DNA of 64,000 nt, taken from assembly GCA_963693365.1 (NCBI GenBank), contig CAVNZM010000007.1:10909962-10973961 (forward strand), given 5' to 3'. The DNA is from Amoebidium appalachense. Its lineage: Eukaryota > Protista > Ichthyosporea. The notes below the pieces were generated by a model. The model made no database searches. It saw only the letters and a program-made list of their open reading frames with translations, and was not told where the DNA came from. This document shows positions 13,873 through 35,432 of this stretch, piece by piece. Each line of letters starts with the position of its first letter. The first letter of the stretch is position 1. The position numbers were made by a program, and so were the translations under genes.

Positions 13873-16800
13873 ATTTACTTAGTATGTGCGCGTTTGAATA
13901 ACAAAGAAAGTGAGCATTTCTGGGCGTGTCACGCCTTTTGTACCCTCACGTCGCGAGGAGGAACTTCGAGGAGGGTAAAAAAATCAAGGCGAACAATGTT
14001 CCCTCTGGCGTTCACTATGACAAGAGCCCCAGGCAGTTGAGACGTGCCCAGTAGCGTTGATATAATACACATATGTATAAGCCATAAAACAATAAGTAAA
14101 CGCTTCATTGGTAAGGTAAAGAATCAATATTCATGCATATCATATATGATGGCCGTATGAATTCGTAATTCTTCTTCCTATGCACCGCCGAGGCTGGAGG
14201 GTGTTGCTCTACCTAGCTCCAACTACAGCCTTGCCTACCAAGTAGCCTGGAAACCACATAGCGCATGACAACAATCCAATGGCAGATAGCCCTTTTATGG
14301 TCCCTAGTGGACTAATTGGAAAAATGGCATATCGCTAATATATTTGCCATGAAAAGCCTTACTATACTCTAAAATTGAATAAAGATATACATATAACCAC
14401 GTTTTTACCGACAGGTACTACACAACAGCGCCTTGGTTTTGTATAACTCACAGGAACACGAAGGATTACATCTATGTAAAGCCCAATCAAATCTTCCTGT
14501 TGATCCAGCATTTCGGCGCCAAAAAACCTTATTGCGCGATCTGATTGGCTTTGCGAGGTCAACTGGCGGGAAAGCGAATGCGTGTACAGCCAATCACACG
14601 AGACTGGCGTGCACTGAATTTTGGGTGGTCGCAGAGTAGGGCAAACACACGCCGTACGGCTGGAAAGAGGCCTCTGCGAACCAGATGCAGACCGTAAACC
14701 TATCCAAAACCCAGGAAAGTGGGGTTGGAAATTCACCACTTAATATCCCCCTCCGGCGGTCGTTCCCCGTTTCCCTTCCCGACGCCCCCTTTGATACCCT
14801 TACTATACAGCACCCACCGTCTATTAGGAAGCAAGCCCTGGGAATTTTGCTGAAGGAAAATGACATTCGTACGCCTTTAGTATATATTAAAATAAGAATT
14901 ACCAAGGCTGTAGGTGCTCCTTACGATTTTTTTTTCGAGGTGGATCTGGTTCCTAGAAAACCAGCTGTGGTCATTACGCTATACACGCCGGCCGCGATCT
15001 ATTGGTTGAGGCGATCATCTCTCTAAGTGCGGCTCACTAATAGCCGGCCAAAATCGTCGCTTGATTGGATCAAAGTCACGCTTCTATTTTATTAATAAAT
15101 CCGGAGATATATGACCCGAAAACCCACCCAGTAGATCCCCTTAAAATCCTTGTTCCCTCCTACCCACAAAAGGAAAGTGATCGTGCTATTAAACCTGATC
15201 TTACTATCATGTTAAGCTCTCTCTTTTCTTGGCGTGTTAAATGTGGACATGTCCCGTCATCTTGGTTAGATACCTTAGTGATCCCCATAGTTAAGAAGGA
15301 CTCTGAGGGCCCCATATCATCCTTTCGCCCCATCACACTAACCCAGGTTGTTTGTAGATTCTTCGAAGCTTGCTTGCTTAGGTTATTTGCACATCACCCT
15401 AGGTTTCAATCTATTCTTCACATACACCCATGCCAATCCGCTTTTCGTAAAAACAATTCATGTTATGTTCAAATAATGGCACTGCACGACTCTATGCAAG
15501 TTGGTGCACAATATGTTGGCTTTATTGATTGGAAAACTGCTTACGATTCTGTCTCCCCTGGTCTCCTATGGGAAAAGCTTGCTGCACGGGGTGTACCACA
15601 CTGCATTGGTGTTCTGTTAGAAGCACTCTTGTCTCAAACCTATGGTAGAGCTGTGGTTAATGGGCATCTTTCATATGGTTTTGCTCGTACTAGAGGTCTC
15701 TTGCAGGGTTCATTGCTTACCCCCTTTTTGTTTAACCTATTTATAGATGATTTGGCTGTCAAGATTTATGCCGAAAACGATGACCCTATTAATAACTTTC
15801 CGCCTGCACTTCTCTATGCTGATGATCTGTCTCTCCTTGCCCGTACCCCTAGACGCCTGCAAAGATTGTTCGATGTAGTGTCAGAGTGGTGCAAGGCAAA
15901 CCTTATGATCCTTACTAGTAACATAGACAAATGTGGTGTTCTTGTACCTGATATAGCTAACAATTTACACACATTTACATTATCATCTAAAGGCTGTACC
16001 TATAGTTCCAGAATACTATCTTGGTGTTCCGGTTAATTATGTTGGTGTTATGTTTTCCCATATTGATATGGTCGAAAAGAAGGTAGAGTTGGCTCGTAAG
16101 CGGTTAGCTTTCTTCTCGGCTAATATTTTTAAAGACACACCCCTCCATCCTTCTACTAGACTTACATTTATTCGCACTTTTGTCTTCCCGGCATGTGAAT
16201 ATGGTTTACCCCTTATCGCCGCTTGGATCAAGAAAGGGAGAACTAGAGCGCTTAAACCCTTGGCAAATTTCCTTGAAGCAGAAGTTGCCTCCTTTCTATC
16301 TAACAACTGTTGTAAACCTGGGCCTGTAACGCTCTCGATACATGGTCTGGTCCCAATAGCTGCTAGAGTATCCTATCTCGCGCTGAAATTCAATAAGCAC
16401 ATAAGCCGCTTAAAGAAGTATTTGCCTTCCCACCCTCTCTTCTCTATCCGACCTGTCCCCTCCTCCGAGCCTCTCCCCTCTTTCCTTCCCTCTCTCTCCC
16501 CTTCTCCCCTGGGCACAAATACAAATAAACCCCGCAAAAGTGTGTGTGTGACTTTGGACTGCCACTTACTTATTAAACATGTACACAATCACAAGATAAT
16601 CACGCAATATAACAAATGGAAAAAGATACCACACGACACTAGACCCGATGAAAGCATACACCTTGAAAAACTAAGCCTTATGTCTCGTTTTATATATACT
16701 GACCGCCTCAACCATATTGCCAAATATGGCACTCGCAAATAGTAACACCTAAATACATATTACCTTCCTCAGTGTAGAACTGGTCTTTCTCTAGCTGATG

Positions 16801-17133
16801 GTATTATTGATCAATTACAAGGCTTTAACTGTACACGTGCTATACAGTGGAGATCTAACAAGTACTAAAGGTGGCATCATTTGCATGCCCAAACAACACA
16901 CACACACACCAGTTTAACCGGTCATGTATCGCCAAATGTAGTTTGATAGACCACATAATACCGCAACACACACACGTCACATTCACAACAGACACCCAGA
17001 AAGATAGCCTACCTGTAAATTACAACATCCTTGATTTTATACTAAACATGCGTAACTACGACAGTGTTTATTAGATGTATTGATTGGCTTGAGAAACACA
17101 TCACTACAAAATTCTAGCGCACGCGCGCGCGCG

Positions 17134-17262
<129 letters not shown>

Positions 17263-17293
17263 CCAGCTGATACCGAGTGTCCCAGGGGAGCCC

Positions 17294-17327
<34 letters not shown>

Positions 17328-18407
17328 AAGAAAGAAAGAAAAGAAAAAGAAACGGGGAACCCCAACTAATTGATTTCTCTTTGTAGTCTTTATGGTGTCT
17401 CGTAGAGAAAGTAAACCCTGATATATAGTCATCACCCGACATCTATGTACGTGATCATGATATACCGCTGAGGGGATAATCCGAGCAAAAACCCTCCCAT
17501 ACCTGAGACTGGTTTCTCTTTGCCTCGAGTAAACAGCGTAACCCCCCTGAACGGTCTCCGATCGGTTTGCCCTGAAAGTGTGGCGGCAAATAAAAGTGTT
17601 CCTACACTACATGTGACATAAGCCACTGGAGTCTAAACATTTATGTGTGCAACCATGACACACAAATGTGCCCATGTCACACTCATCTGCCCGTGTACAC
17701 ACATATATGTGCCCGGGGTGTACACACGTCACGGCGGGCTGATACGTACATGTGCAGCCTACCGTAGCCTGGTGGCCACCGTATGCGGCATAACCTTGCA
17801 CATTGTGATCATACTACAGATTGAGTATCATCACACAGAAACACAAACCAAACAGTTCTCTGTTAACGTTGCTCTCGCTGGCCTCAACTGAAAGGTATTC
17901 CCTTCACTAATACTTACTGTTAACGGGATCTCAAACCAAGACTAAAACTCTTGATCCTTTCCCTTGCAATAGTAATACACTTCCGCACAATTGCAGTGGC
18001 CATGGTGTCATGCATTGGCACCCATCCACTCAACCACAGTGAATATCACTATTTGAAACACGTGCACATACACAAACACACACATACATGTGTAAGGGAT
18101 TTTACCGAAAAAATTGACCTAAAGTCTTTTAAAAGTTTTTTCATGTTTTTTCGTGATCGCTTGAGCAGATCAAATTGTTTTGCTGGTATCTCAGTGTACG
18201 TGTGCAGGGGAGTATAACAACACACTAACTTAGTGACTGTGAAAACTTGGTGCATTTTGGTTGAACGGTTCCCAAGCTATTACATTTTTTATTTTTTGAA
18301 ACGTGCATAACGTTATGCTCAAACCTGCATAACGTTATTGAATTTTACTTAGTAAATGTAAATTTGCCTCAAAAAAATCGTTAAAGTGCCTTGTGTGTGT
18401 ACACGTG

Positions 18408-18481
<74 letters not shown>

Positions 18482-18486
18482 CACAC

Positions 18487-18525
<39 letters not shown>

Positions 18526-18612
18526 CACACGACACACACACACACAGTGACACACAGTGTCACACACACACTCTCTCTGAGTCACATGTGCACACACACG
18601 CACACCGTCACA

Positions 18613-18695
<83 letters not shown>

Positions 18696-18757
18696 ACCGT
18701 GACACACACACACACACACATACATACACACACTGTAGCACAAATGCACACACACAT

Positions 18758-18813
<56 letters not shown>

Positions 18814-19320
18814 ATGTACACACTTCATAAACGAGACAACGGTGATTTAGCTGATATATATATAGAATTCACAACAAAATAAACCCTTACTAATGTTTCA
18901 TATTCACAAGTACACGAGCGGCAATAGTCGCCGACGGAATGCAAAATGTGACAGGTACATCTAACACACATAAACATGGTATCGTAGAGAGTGGTGGTAT
19001 ACAACAACGCAGGGAGGAAAAACTGTTGGAGACCACTAGCTAAGGCAACTGCTATCTGCTACTGCTACTGCTAAAGTCAATCTGATGGCACCATTATACT
19101 ACTATTTGTGTTAGGGTTGTTACTACATTCTAACCCGTTAACATTGTTTGGGCAGTCAACTCTTTGTGCACCACCGTGCACTGCTATGCCCGGTAACTAC
19201 CCAATCTATTATACAAAAACCGTACACTGTAGTACCACTAGCACTATAAACTAGTACCCTCGCTAGCATAACTAATACTGCTCGTATTCTGCAAGATAAG
19301 CTTCTATCAGAGAATCGAAC

Positions 19321-20146
19321 TCAGCATCTTCCGCATCTAGGCATGTCGCTGTCTCCTGGTACCGTGTCTGCTGGTTGTTCGACAACGGGATTGCTGGGAG
19401 GGGGCACCGCTTGTGGTTGGGCTACTCCTCTTCCCCTTCCTCTATTGCCTCCCTTTGCTCCCCCCCTCTCTCCTCTTGCCCCCCCCCCCCTTCCACCCCT
19501 GATCCCTCCATTTCCCCTCCCCCTCGACGCCTTCCCTGCTGTTTCGTGTTGCACCCCTGTTTCCCCCGACACGATTTCTGCCGCTGCTGCCGCCGCCACC
19601 TCGAGAGTTTTTGCTTTCCTGTTTGCTTTGTTGGGGGCTTTCTTTGCAAGTGCCTTGAGTTCACGCACATAGACACTCAAGTGACAGTTGGTAGCCACGG
19701 TGATAAGGCGCTCCACCAGTGCACGTTTCGGTGTTCCGCATTGCACGCACGTTTCCGCAAGACTTGCATCGTCATGGTGGATTTTTGACTGCGTACTCGC
19801 ACAGAAGCACAGCTACGGTTCTGTGGTTGCCTGCGGGTAGATATGTAGACACGAACGACCCCAGCAATGCCTCAAGCAATACGTAAACTCGCCTAACAAT
19901 CCTGCTTGCAACCCGGGACGGGTAAGTGAAACCTCCCCGTGATGTAGCTTGAATGAGGCGGAAATGCGTGTCGGTTTCAATCTCATTCGGATCCGTGGTC
20001 TCCAGTGGTGCACGGCACGTTGTGCATCCCACACCACGCTCACCAACTGCGTGGACGCAGAATCCGGTGCGGTAGGCTAGCACTTGTGGTTTCTGTATTG
20101 CCATACCAATGTTGTACAACATGGTCCCCCTCATGGTGTTGTACAA
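19321..20146 (-). pseudogene. P-element/THAP9-like transposase C-terminal remnant
   Basis: LAYRTGFCVHAV..GCTTCRAPL...LIQATSRGGFTYPS, then a basic KKAPNKANRKAKTL tail; reading frame is broken. Confidence 0.6.
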
Positions 20147-20394
20147 CGGAAGTTGTTGTTTTGTACGGGTCTAAGGGAGCAGAGTGCACAGAGGTGTCCT
20201 GTAAAACACGACCAACACAATAAAGAGAGGGCAATCGGAGTTGTTCACGACACTTGAAAGATTTCAACAACAACTAACTTTTATTGTGCTCTCCGCCTTT
20301 TTGTACTGGCCATTTATCATCTTATCTCAACTAAAAGAAGAGAACCAATCGGTTCCTTCAGATGATAGAAAAATACATACCAACAGAGCATGTA

Positions 20395-20510
20395 TGCGGC
20401 CCCAGGCGGTCCCCAAGTACGCGGGGGCGGGATAGGCGGGAACAGGCTAAGTACGTGACTGGGAAGAGCAGGAATAAACAGATAGACTATTCTATCATAA
20501 CAAATATGGT
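20395..20510 (+). repeat. Dispersed ~110-bp repeat; inverted copy at ~61200-61305
   Basis: gtacgtgactgggaagagcaggaataaacagatagactattcta is the reverse complement of tagaatagtctatctgtttattcctgctcttcccagtcacgtac. Confidence 0.85.
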
Positions 20511-20794
20511 GTTCACGATATATGTATACCGCCTCAGGCACTAACTGGCCCACATTCGGGCCGGAGATGGAAAACCCAACATGATTGCAGTCACTGAGTG
20601 TACATATATATTGGCGCGATACCGTGAAACCTTCCCAATGCCTATTTCTGGACTTTCGCCTATATATGTACACTTTTAATGTGGCACCGCCACAGTAATA
20701 CATATCAGGAAGCATGCGGCATTCTGTGTTGTTGTGGTAATTAAGTTTCATGGGCGCATGCGCACTGCGACCACGTCTCAGTGATTTGTAGGAG

Positions 20795-21760
<966 letters not shown>

Positions 21761-22559
21761 ACTCGAGTAAGTATACTCGCTCAAATCATGCATAGAACTT
21801 TTGTTTGATCAAGCGATCACGGCAATGTTAACGTCCCGGCTCCCTCTCCTTCGTGTTGGGGGGGATTTGGGGGGGGGGGGGGGGGGAGAAGAAAAAGATC
21901 ACGCGCAAAAGCCTGAAAATGTTACTAAAGACAAAGAGCTTGGTTCATCAAAAGCAAGCAATGGCAAGGGCCATACATACGTATCGCCTACATGTCCAAG
22001 GAGGTCAGCAGGGTCAGGATCTTTTTGTGCAGACATGTGTGTTATCGGTTGGTCTATTACTCCACCGCAACTGCAAGCCATACAAACCATCCCTTTACAC
22101 TGATGAAAGGTGGTGTACTGAGCAGAAAGAGAGGGCCATACGTGGAGTGCGAGGCCTGGGAGTGAGGCTGAGGTTCCGAGGGAAGTTCGCAACTCTGTTC
22201 GCAACTGGGCCGGGAAAAACAAGGCGAGCCAATCGTTCGTAAGTTGTTTTAGCTATAAATGGAAATTCTTCAAAAGTGCGCGAAATCGCTCAGTAGCCCT
22301 AAACTGGGGTTCTATTTCCAAGGGTCTCTATTGCCGGTTGGAAATCTTTTTTTTTTTCTTTTGGAAATCTGGTGGTACACTTTTTTTTTCACCGAAGATA
22401 TATGTGGTGACTATTTTAGAACAAAGAAATAAGTAACAAAAACGAGTTTCGGGAGCGTTTTACTTTTAGTATAGTTAGTGTAGCTATATGCAACCTGCAA
22501 AATATAAAAAATCAAGTCTTGCAAAAACTCTTAGCTGTCACGTCAACTTTTTTTCCCGA

Positions 22560-22935
22560 TTCTTCACCATGGCAGTGCGGCTTTGTCTATTCCTACTGCT
22601 GTGAGAGTGTGGGGACATCTCCCTTCCGCGGAGTTTCTCGCTTGAGGAGTGGTTTCTTCGACATCTGGTGGCCCACTGCAACTTCCGGTGACTTCTACAC
22701 GCTATCTACGCTTCTACGCGAGCTATTGGCGGTGGGCTGCTGCAACTTCAACTGCTTCTGCGCTGCGTGAGTGGAGGGGTAGCTACTGGGTCGTCGAGGA
22801 GCTTTCCTTGTGGCTGCCGTGTTTTCAGCCTTCAGCAGTATGGCAATGACTGGGTTTGCTTGCATGCATTCTGTAGTTGTGTTTTCCTGTGTGTCCTGCC
22901 ACAACTAGGCCACCTTATCAAAGAGTTAGAGACAG
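22560..22935 (+). pseudogene. Possible decayed PLAC8 paralog
   Basis: WQCGFVYSYCCESVGT and YGNDWVCLHAFCSCVFLCVLPQL..IKEL echo the N- and C-terminal PLAC8 Cys motifs, but lie in different frames. Confidence 0.35.
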
Positions 22936-23774
22936 CTTCTGCGGGTTTTCTAGGGGACGGGCCCGTGGGGATTGTTTTCTCGCTTGGATTTGGTCTGCAT
23001 TGCTCTTTAAAGGGCTGACTTGCTTGCTGTGCCCTGGTAGGCTTTGAGGGGGGCCTGTTGGGGGGCAGCAGTAATGATGTCTTCTTGCGGAGTGTGGTCT
23101 GGTCATCATCGCTGCATATGACTAGTTGGAGCAAACTAGTTTCACGCATACACGTGCACTTGTACCTTTGCCCGCTGGTGTCCTTTGGTCACTTGTTGTT
23201 TTATTTTTTATTTCATCGCTGTGGCTCTTTCGAAGTCGGTTATTTTGGTGGTCATGTAGCCTGTTGCTGCACTTGCCTTCATATCCCCTGGACCACTGAT
23301 CAATAAATCCCAGTCAAGAGAAAAAAAAAAAAAACTCTTTCTCACACGTTTGGCCGCCGGGTTTCGGAGGATCCTGGAATTTGGAACAAGGCTTGCGTTG
23401 CGTATAAAAGCTGGAGCGCGCATGTCACACGCCATAGTCGCTCCTAAAAACGTTCCAAAAACTTCAAAGTTGAACGAAGACACAAGTTTTTCTTGGAGTC
23501 CGAGAGTCCCCAACGCGAGGAAAACAACGTGCGTGAGAGAGGAGAAGATCCGGTTGAGGTACAAGAGTTAGTTTTCGATCCTCCGAGAGATTCTTTTTTA
23601 TGTTCTTGTGAACACAAGAAGCTGAAACACAGAAGCATAACCAAACAAGCTCGAGCAGTTGACCTCTGTATTGCTTTCGTTGTCCTCTAGAGATATCCTT
23701 TTTGACTATGGCATGGTCTCACCCGACAAGCAATAGCAGCACATGCACACATACACGTCACATACACACACACA

Positions 23775-23871
<97 letters not shown>

Positions 23872-24038
23872 ACACGTTTGCATTTGTGTGTGTTTTTGGG
23901 CTCACTGACTCGCTCACTTGCTCAATCATTCATTCACTCACTCCCTAATGATCATTCACTTCACTCAACCCTTTTTGCTGTGGAGTTGTAGCCGATAATC
24001 TATGCCTGAAACGTATGGTATACACACAGCACACCAAG

Positions 24039-25136
24039 ATGGCCGAATCTGGAGAGTACAAGCACGGGATGTGTGGCTGCTGCGGAGACATAGGCACCTG
24101 CTGGTATGTTGTTACATCTTTAGCCAGCGCGAAGTTTTACTCCAGTTATATATAGGAAACCGTGCCTCAACTCATATGATACCGTTATCCCTATCAACGT
24201 TGCTTGCAACTCCATGTTCGTCTGGAATATCTGGTATACGCAGGGGGGTTACATGCATTGGGGGGATGTGGGGGCCTTCCTGCGGCAAAACTTATCTTTC
24301 CTAGGTTGAGTTGATGGGAATCAAACCACTGTGCTCTGATAGTCTAAAAGCCTAGGGATTGCATTCTCGTTTTATTTTGCATAATGCCATGCTGTGATTC
24401 GAATTCAGTCTGTCTACTGGCCATGGGTGGATTTGGCTTGCAACTGAGGGTGGTAGTCAGGTGCACCTATTCTAGGCCTAGGCGTATCACCATTGCAAAT
24501 TCATATATAGAGTCTGCATACGTGGCTAGCCTGCAGAGGCTGATGATCATGTTGTAATCGTTTTGGGTTCCGATTTCAGCTCATTGATGAGGACTCTGCC
24601 AGCCATAGCTATGCGGTAGGCTAATTTTTGTGTCTCAGCCTACGGTGAGCGAACAGAGCGAAGTTCGTACCATTCACCATCTGATTCTGCCTACTACCAT
24701 CAACTGGCCAGGTTTCAAATGGGCCATAACCCTAACACGTTTTTATTTACAGCTTTGTGACCTGGTGCTTCCCATGTGCCCAGGGCAAGTATCGTGGAGA
24801 GGTCAGGGGTGAGGTAGGTGGCCCAGACTTTGCCCCGGGGGGGGGGGGGGGGGGGGGGGCAGGCACCGAGTGTGCAGGCTAACCGTTGCCTGTTTGTTGC
24901 AGGGATTCAACACGCTGCACTGCCTCATCAGCTGGTGTGTGCCGTGGGTCGGGGAGTATCTGCTGCGGTCCAGTGTGCAGCAGGCATACGGCATACGGGA
25001 GGGGGGCTGCACGACCTGCATGGCCGTGTGCTGCTGCCCATGCTGCGCCACCATCCAGGACGCACGCGAGATCCGCCACCGCAAGGACACAGCAACAATC
25101 GTCAGCGCTCAGCCCCAGCCTATGGAAAAGTCCTAG
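24039..25136 (+). CDS. PLAC8/cornifelin family Cys-rich protein (exons 24039-24103, 24753-24813, 24903-25136)
   Basis: MAESGEYKHGMCGCCGDIGTCC-FVTWCFPCAQGK...LRSSVQQAYGIREGGCTTCMAVCCCPCCATIQDAREI; canonical splice sites in frame. Confidence 0.9.
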
Positions 25137-26079
25137 TCCCCCCGCCATCATCCTTGGCGCTGGATTCATAGTCCTAAATAGTTCATATCGTGTGAAATGC
25201 ACCTGTACCCACTGCTGGGATGGAGACTAAAACAATGTTTTATGCATGTGTATGTGCCTTTTAGGCATGTACTGAATGATTCAATGTGCGGTGCCGCACT
25301 GTGGTATGATGACGATATATAGCACCCAGTCTTCTTGTATCAGTAACTGTGATGATGATTATCAACCACAAATACTTTCCAAAAATAAAAAGAAAATATT
25401 AGGATGTTCATGCAGTCTTGAGGACTAATGAGTCCAACATGATGGAAGATGGATGTCTATTGGCGTGATATCGTGAAACTTTCCTAATGCTTAGTTCTGG
25501 ACCTTTTCGCCCATATCATAAGGTTTTAAATGGCATCGTGTCACCAGGTCCTGACTTCACACAGTATTCAGTACTATGTGCCGTGTGGAACACATTTTTG
25601 AAGCCCTTAGCTTTGTATCTTCGACACCAGCTCACAGGGGTATCTATTTCTAGGGCAGATGGACGTGTCTCGCCTGAGTGATTCGTAAAAGTTAATTCGC
25701 CTTTGTGTGCATGTGTGTAATGGCCCGGCAAGCCCGCCTTTCAGACTGAGTGTTGGCCAATGAATGATACTGTGTGTGTGTGTTTTTTTTTTTTTTTTTT
25801 TGGGTTGGGGGGGGGGGGGGGGGGGGGGGATGGGGGGGCAGGCATGTGTGCAACTATTTATGTGTTAGTAACTAGTGAAAGGATCATAATTTTATTCTCC
25901 CCACCATATCAGTGCGTTCTTATGTGCATGTGTGCATGCGCACGCACGTGCTTTCTTCTAAAGATTTGATAGGATAGCACGGGTTACCCAACCAACCGTG
26001 CAAACTGACGTTGAAAATATAACAAAGAAAACTGAGGGTGGGAGGAGGAGGAGGAGGAGGAGGTGGTGGTGGTGGTGGT

Positions 26080-26110
<31 letters not shown>

Positions 26111-27314
26111 GGTACGTTGGTACTGCCGGCTACGGTTACCTCCCTTCAAATTGTGCAAAGCCTCTGAGCAGTTGAATATTGAGTTTGTGGCGATTGCTCA
26201 CGCGAAGCAGAGAACCTTTGGTTACGATCATACCCTTACATGAGATAGTAGTCATATGTTTGTGTCAGTACTTTGCCGATGGCCTGCCTTTTTTTGGGGG
26301 GGGGGGGGGGGGGGGGGGGGAGGGGGAGGGGGGAAGAGAGGCCTTCCCCCCCCCCCCCCCCCCCCTCCCCCCCCCACAAAAAAAAAAGCTGATCACAAGG
26401 TGGGTGGGGCCCACCCAACCCTCTCCGTGGGGATGAACCCCCCTGAGCTTCCTTTCCGGTGGTGTGCTGGGATGGGTCCCCCCGGCGGTGTGTGGCTCCC
26501 CCAAGTACCCCCATCCCCTACCCCCTGGTGGGTGGGTCCCCCAAGTGGTCCTCCCCCCTTCCCCCCCCCCCCCCCCCCCCCTCTCCCCTCTTCCCCTTAC
26601 CCCCTCCCCCCCCCGGGGGTGGGTTTCCCACTGGGTCCCCCCCCCCCCCCCCCCTCACCCCGGGTGGACGGGTCCCCCCCGTGGGTGGGTCTCCCAAATG
26701 GGTCCTCCCCTTCCAACCACCTCACCCTCTCCGGTCCCCACCGGGTCCCAAAAATGTTATGTGTGTTCTGATCAGCACATTTAAAATTGGTGGGGGCAAC
26801 GTTAGAGTATTGGCTTTGTGTGTGTTTTTTCCAATATTGTGTTGTGTGTGAAAATGTGCTTGTGTGCGTGTGATGTCTCAAATATCACTGTTATTGGTGT
26901 GCGTTTAAGTTGTGGGACGGTGTGTTTTCGCCGTATGCATGGTACCTCCAGGTCCGGCACCAAACTAACGGGGAGAAGGCACGAAGTCAATAACTTATTT
27001 ATTTATTTATTTTTATTTTTTTTTTTTTTTTTTGGGGGGGGGGGGGGGATGGAGGGTGGGCCCTCCGGCTAGCAAGGGGGAGGCCCTGGGGGGGGGGGGG
27101 GGGGGGAGGAGACCCACCACCCACCTCAGTAGGTGAGTTATTCCCCCCCCCCCCCCCCTCCCCCTCCCCCCTCCCCCCTCCCCCTCCCCCCTCCCCTCAC
27201 TGGGGTGGGGGTGGTGGGGAAGAGGCCCTCCCCACAGGGTACCATGAATATATCAGATAACCTGAGCATATAATAGTACTACGACTTATGTAGCAGCGGT
27301 TTACATACATTCCC

Positions 27315-27467
27315 AAAACGTAAACTTGGAAGCTTATATTAGAAGGACTCATACAAAACGTAAACATTAAGGCTTATATTTAAAGGACTCATATAAAACG
27401 TAAACATCGAGGCCTATATTTGAAGGACTCATACAAAACGTAACATTGAAGCTTATATTAGTTAGAC
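27315..27467. repeat. Minisatellite, ~40-bp unit, about 4 copies
   Basis: aaaacgtaaacattgaagcttatattagaaggactcatac repeated head to tail with substitutions; no spacers. Confidence 0.85.
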
Positions 27468-27962
27468 TCCCGGAATCACTTGAAACTCAGGCTACACCGT
27501 ACGGTCATGTGTGAGCTCCCCACCTTCTCTTCCTCCCCACTCCCCCCCCCCCCTCTCCCCATCCCCGCCCACCCCTCCCCCCTCCCCCCCCCCCCCCCCC
27601 CCCCCTCTCCCCCTCCAACACACATACATTCCCTGCCATACAGACACGTACACGAACACTGCAGGTGTGAACACCTGCACGATAACCTTTCCTCCAATAA
27701 TTCATAGTTTAGCGATAGTTAACCGTAACGAATACAGCAAGCTTTGGTGGGTGAAAAATGCAGTCACCGCTCGAAGTAACGCCCCCCCACCCTGGTTACA
27801 CTTCGGGGGGGGGGGGGGGGGGGGGGGGGGGGAGAGAGAGGGGGGGGGGGGGGGGGAGGGGGGGGGCCTTATTTCGTGGGGGACACCATATCGTAATGTG
27901 TCCGTATTCAAATCCAGCTCGAGGCCCCAAATCGGTGACATCCCAGGGGGGCGCTACATTGG

Positions 27963-28027
<65 letters not shown>

Positions 28028-29035
28028 GGCTGTCTTGTGGCGGTGCTATAACGTGCAGTGACTGTAGATGTTTGGCAATCTCTCGGACGCACGTGGGGGG
28101 GGGGGAGGAGGGGGTGGGGGGGAGGGGGCACCATCCTGCACGTGGAGGGTGGCTCTCCCCCCCTCCCCCGCCCAGGTGGGGCGTCGATATTTAGTGGTTT
28201 TTGAATATGAAGTTGGGGGGGGGGGGGGGGGGGGGGGGAGGGATTAGTATATATGGACGTCCCCGGGGATGGTAATCCTCTCCTCACTCCCCCTCCGGTA
28301 GCCGCAGGGGTGGGTGGGTCCCCCCCCCCCCCCCGTGCGCATGATGGCCAAATTTCAACATCTCTTTTCCACCCACCAATGGGCTATATTCGTGCCCGTA
28401 ATTGCAACTATTAATAGACTACGAATCATTGCACTTGCCACGTCACCTTGCCGTATTCTGACGTGCCAGCCCCACCCTATGGCATGCAGCCAGACACCAA
28501 GATGGGTGTGCCCCAGTACCAGTCATACCAAAATGCCCCACAGTCCTTCTAGATCATGGCCGATCTAGATGGATTGTGCAGTACATCTACTCGGTGGAAC
28601 TACCAACATCAACAGCAGGTCAAATAATAGTGGTGTGTAGTATTATGTAGGCAGCTGTATAACTAATATTAGTCATCGTACCAGGCTCCATGTCTTCATG
28701 TGAAATGGAATGGCCATTTTGTCACAGCATTATGTCATGTGGCCACCACTTGAAAATGGTATTACGAAGCACATTTGCATTTTATTCTAATGATAGCAAA
28801 ACCTTGCTCGGCTCCTCTCAGTCTATATACAGTCTGTGTGTCCGTGCCATGCCACCATCACGCATGATTATTGACCAATAAGAATGCAGGTAGAATCGTG
28901 CACCGCAGTAATATTCGATAAAGGGTGCTCACAAGAGACAACCCTCTTACTAATCTACCAGATCTCACTGGCACTTTAACACACCCAAGGTGCCTACCCT
29001 AGCACCCCCTTAAAGAAACCACTACTCCCTGCATG

Positions 29036-35432
<6,397 letters not shown>

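Larger units (their letters stand above)
12141..15140 (+). mobile_element. Kolobok-like DNA transposon, internal-deletion derivative (3000 bp)
   Basis: TTAA at 12137-12140 and 15141-15144; termini GGGGATC...GATCCCC. Removing the element plus one TTAA restores the LINE frame GPDGLPAGFLK-ILVPSYPQKESDRAIKPDL. Confidence 0.88.

Noticed and set aside
12141-15140. piggyBac assignment based on the TTAA TSD
   Set aside because: Termini are GG...CC rather than CC...GG, and a KolX-like convergent ORF is present.
18335-18850. His-Thr and Cys-Val repeat ORFs here and throughout the window
   Set aside because: Artefacts of (CA)n/(TG)n microsatellites.
26380-27240. Recurrent GGTGGGTCCCC motifs among G/C tracts as possible transposon subterminal repeats
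   Set aside because: No clear TIR or TSD could be defined.
27315-27467. ~40-bp periodic repeat resembling a CRISPR array
   Set aside because: Units are contiguous with no unique spacers, there are no cas genes, and the context is eukaryotic; it is a minisatellite.
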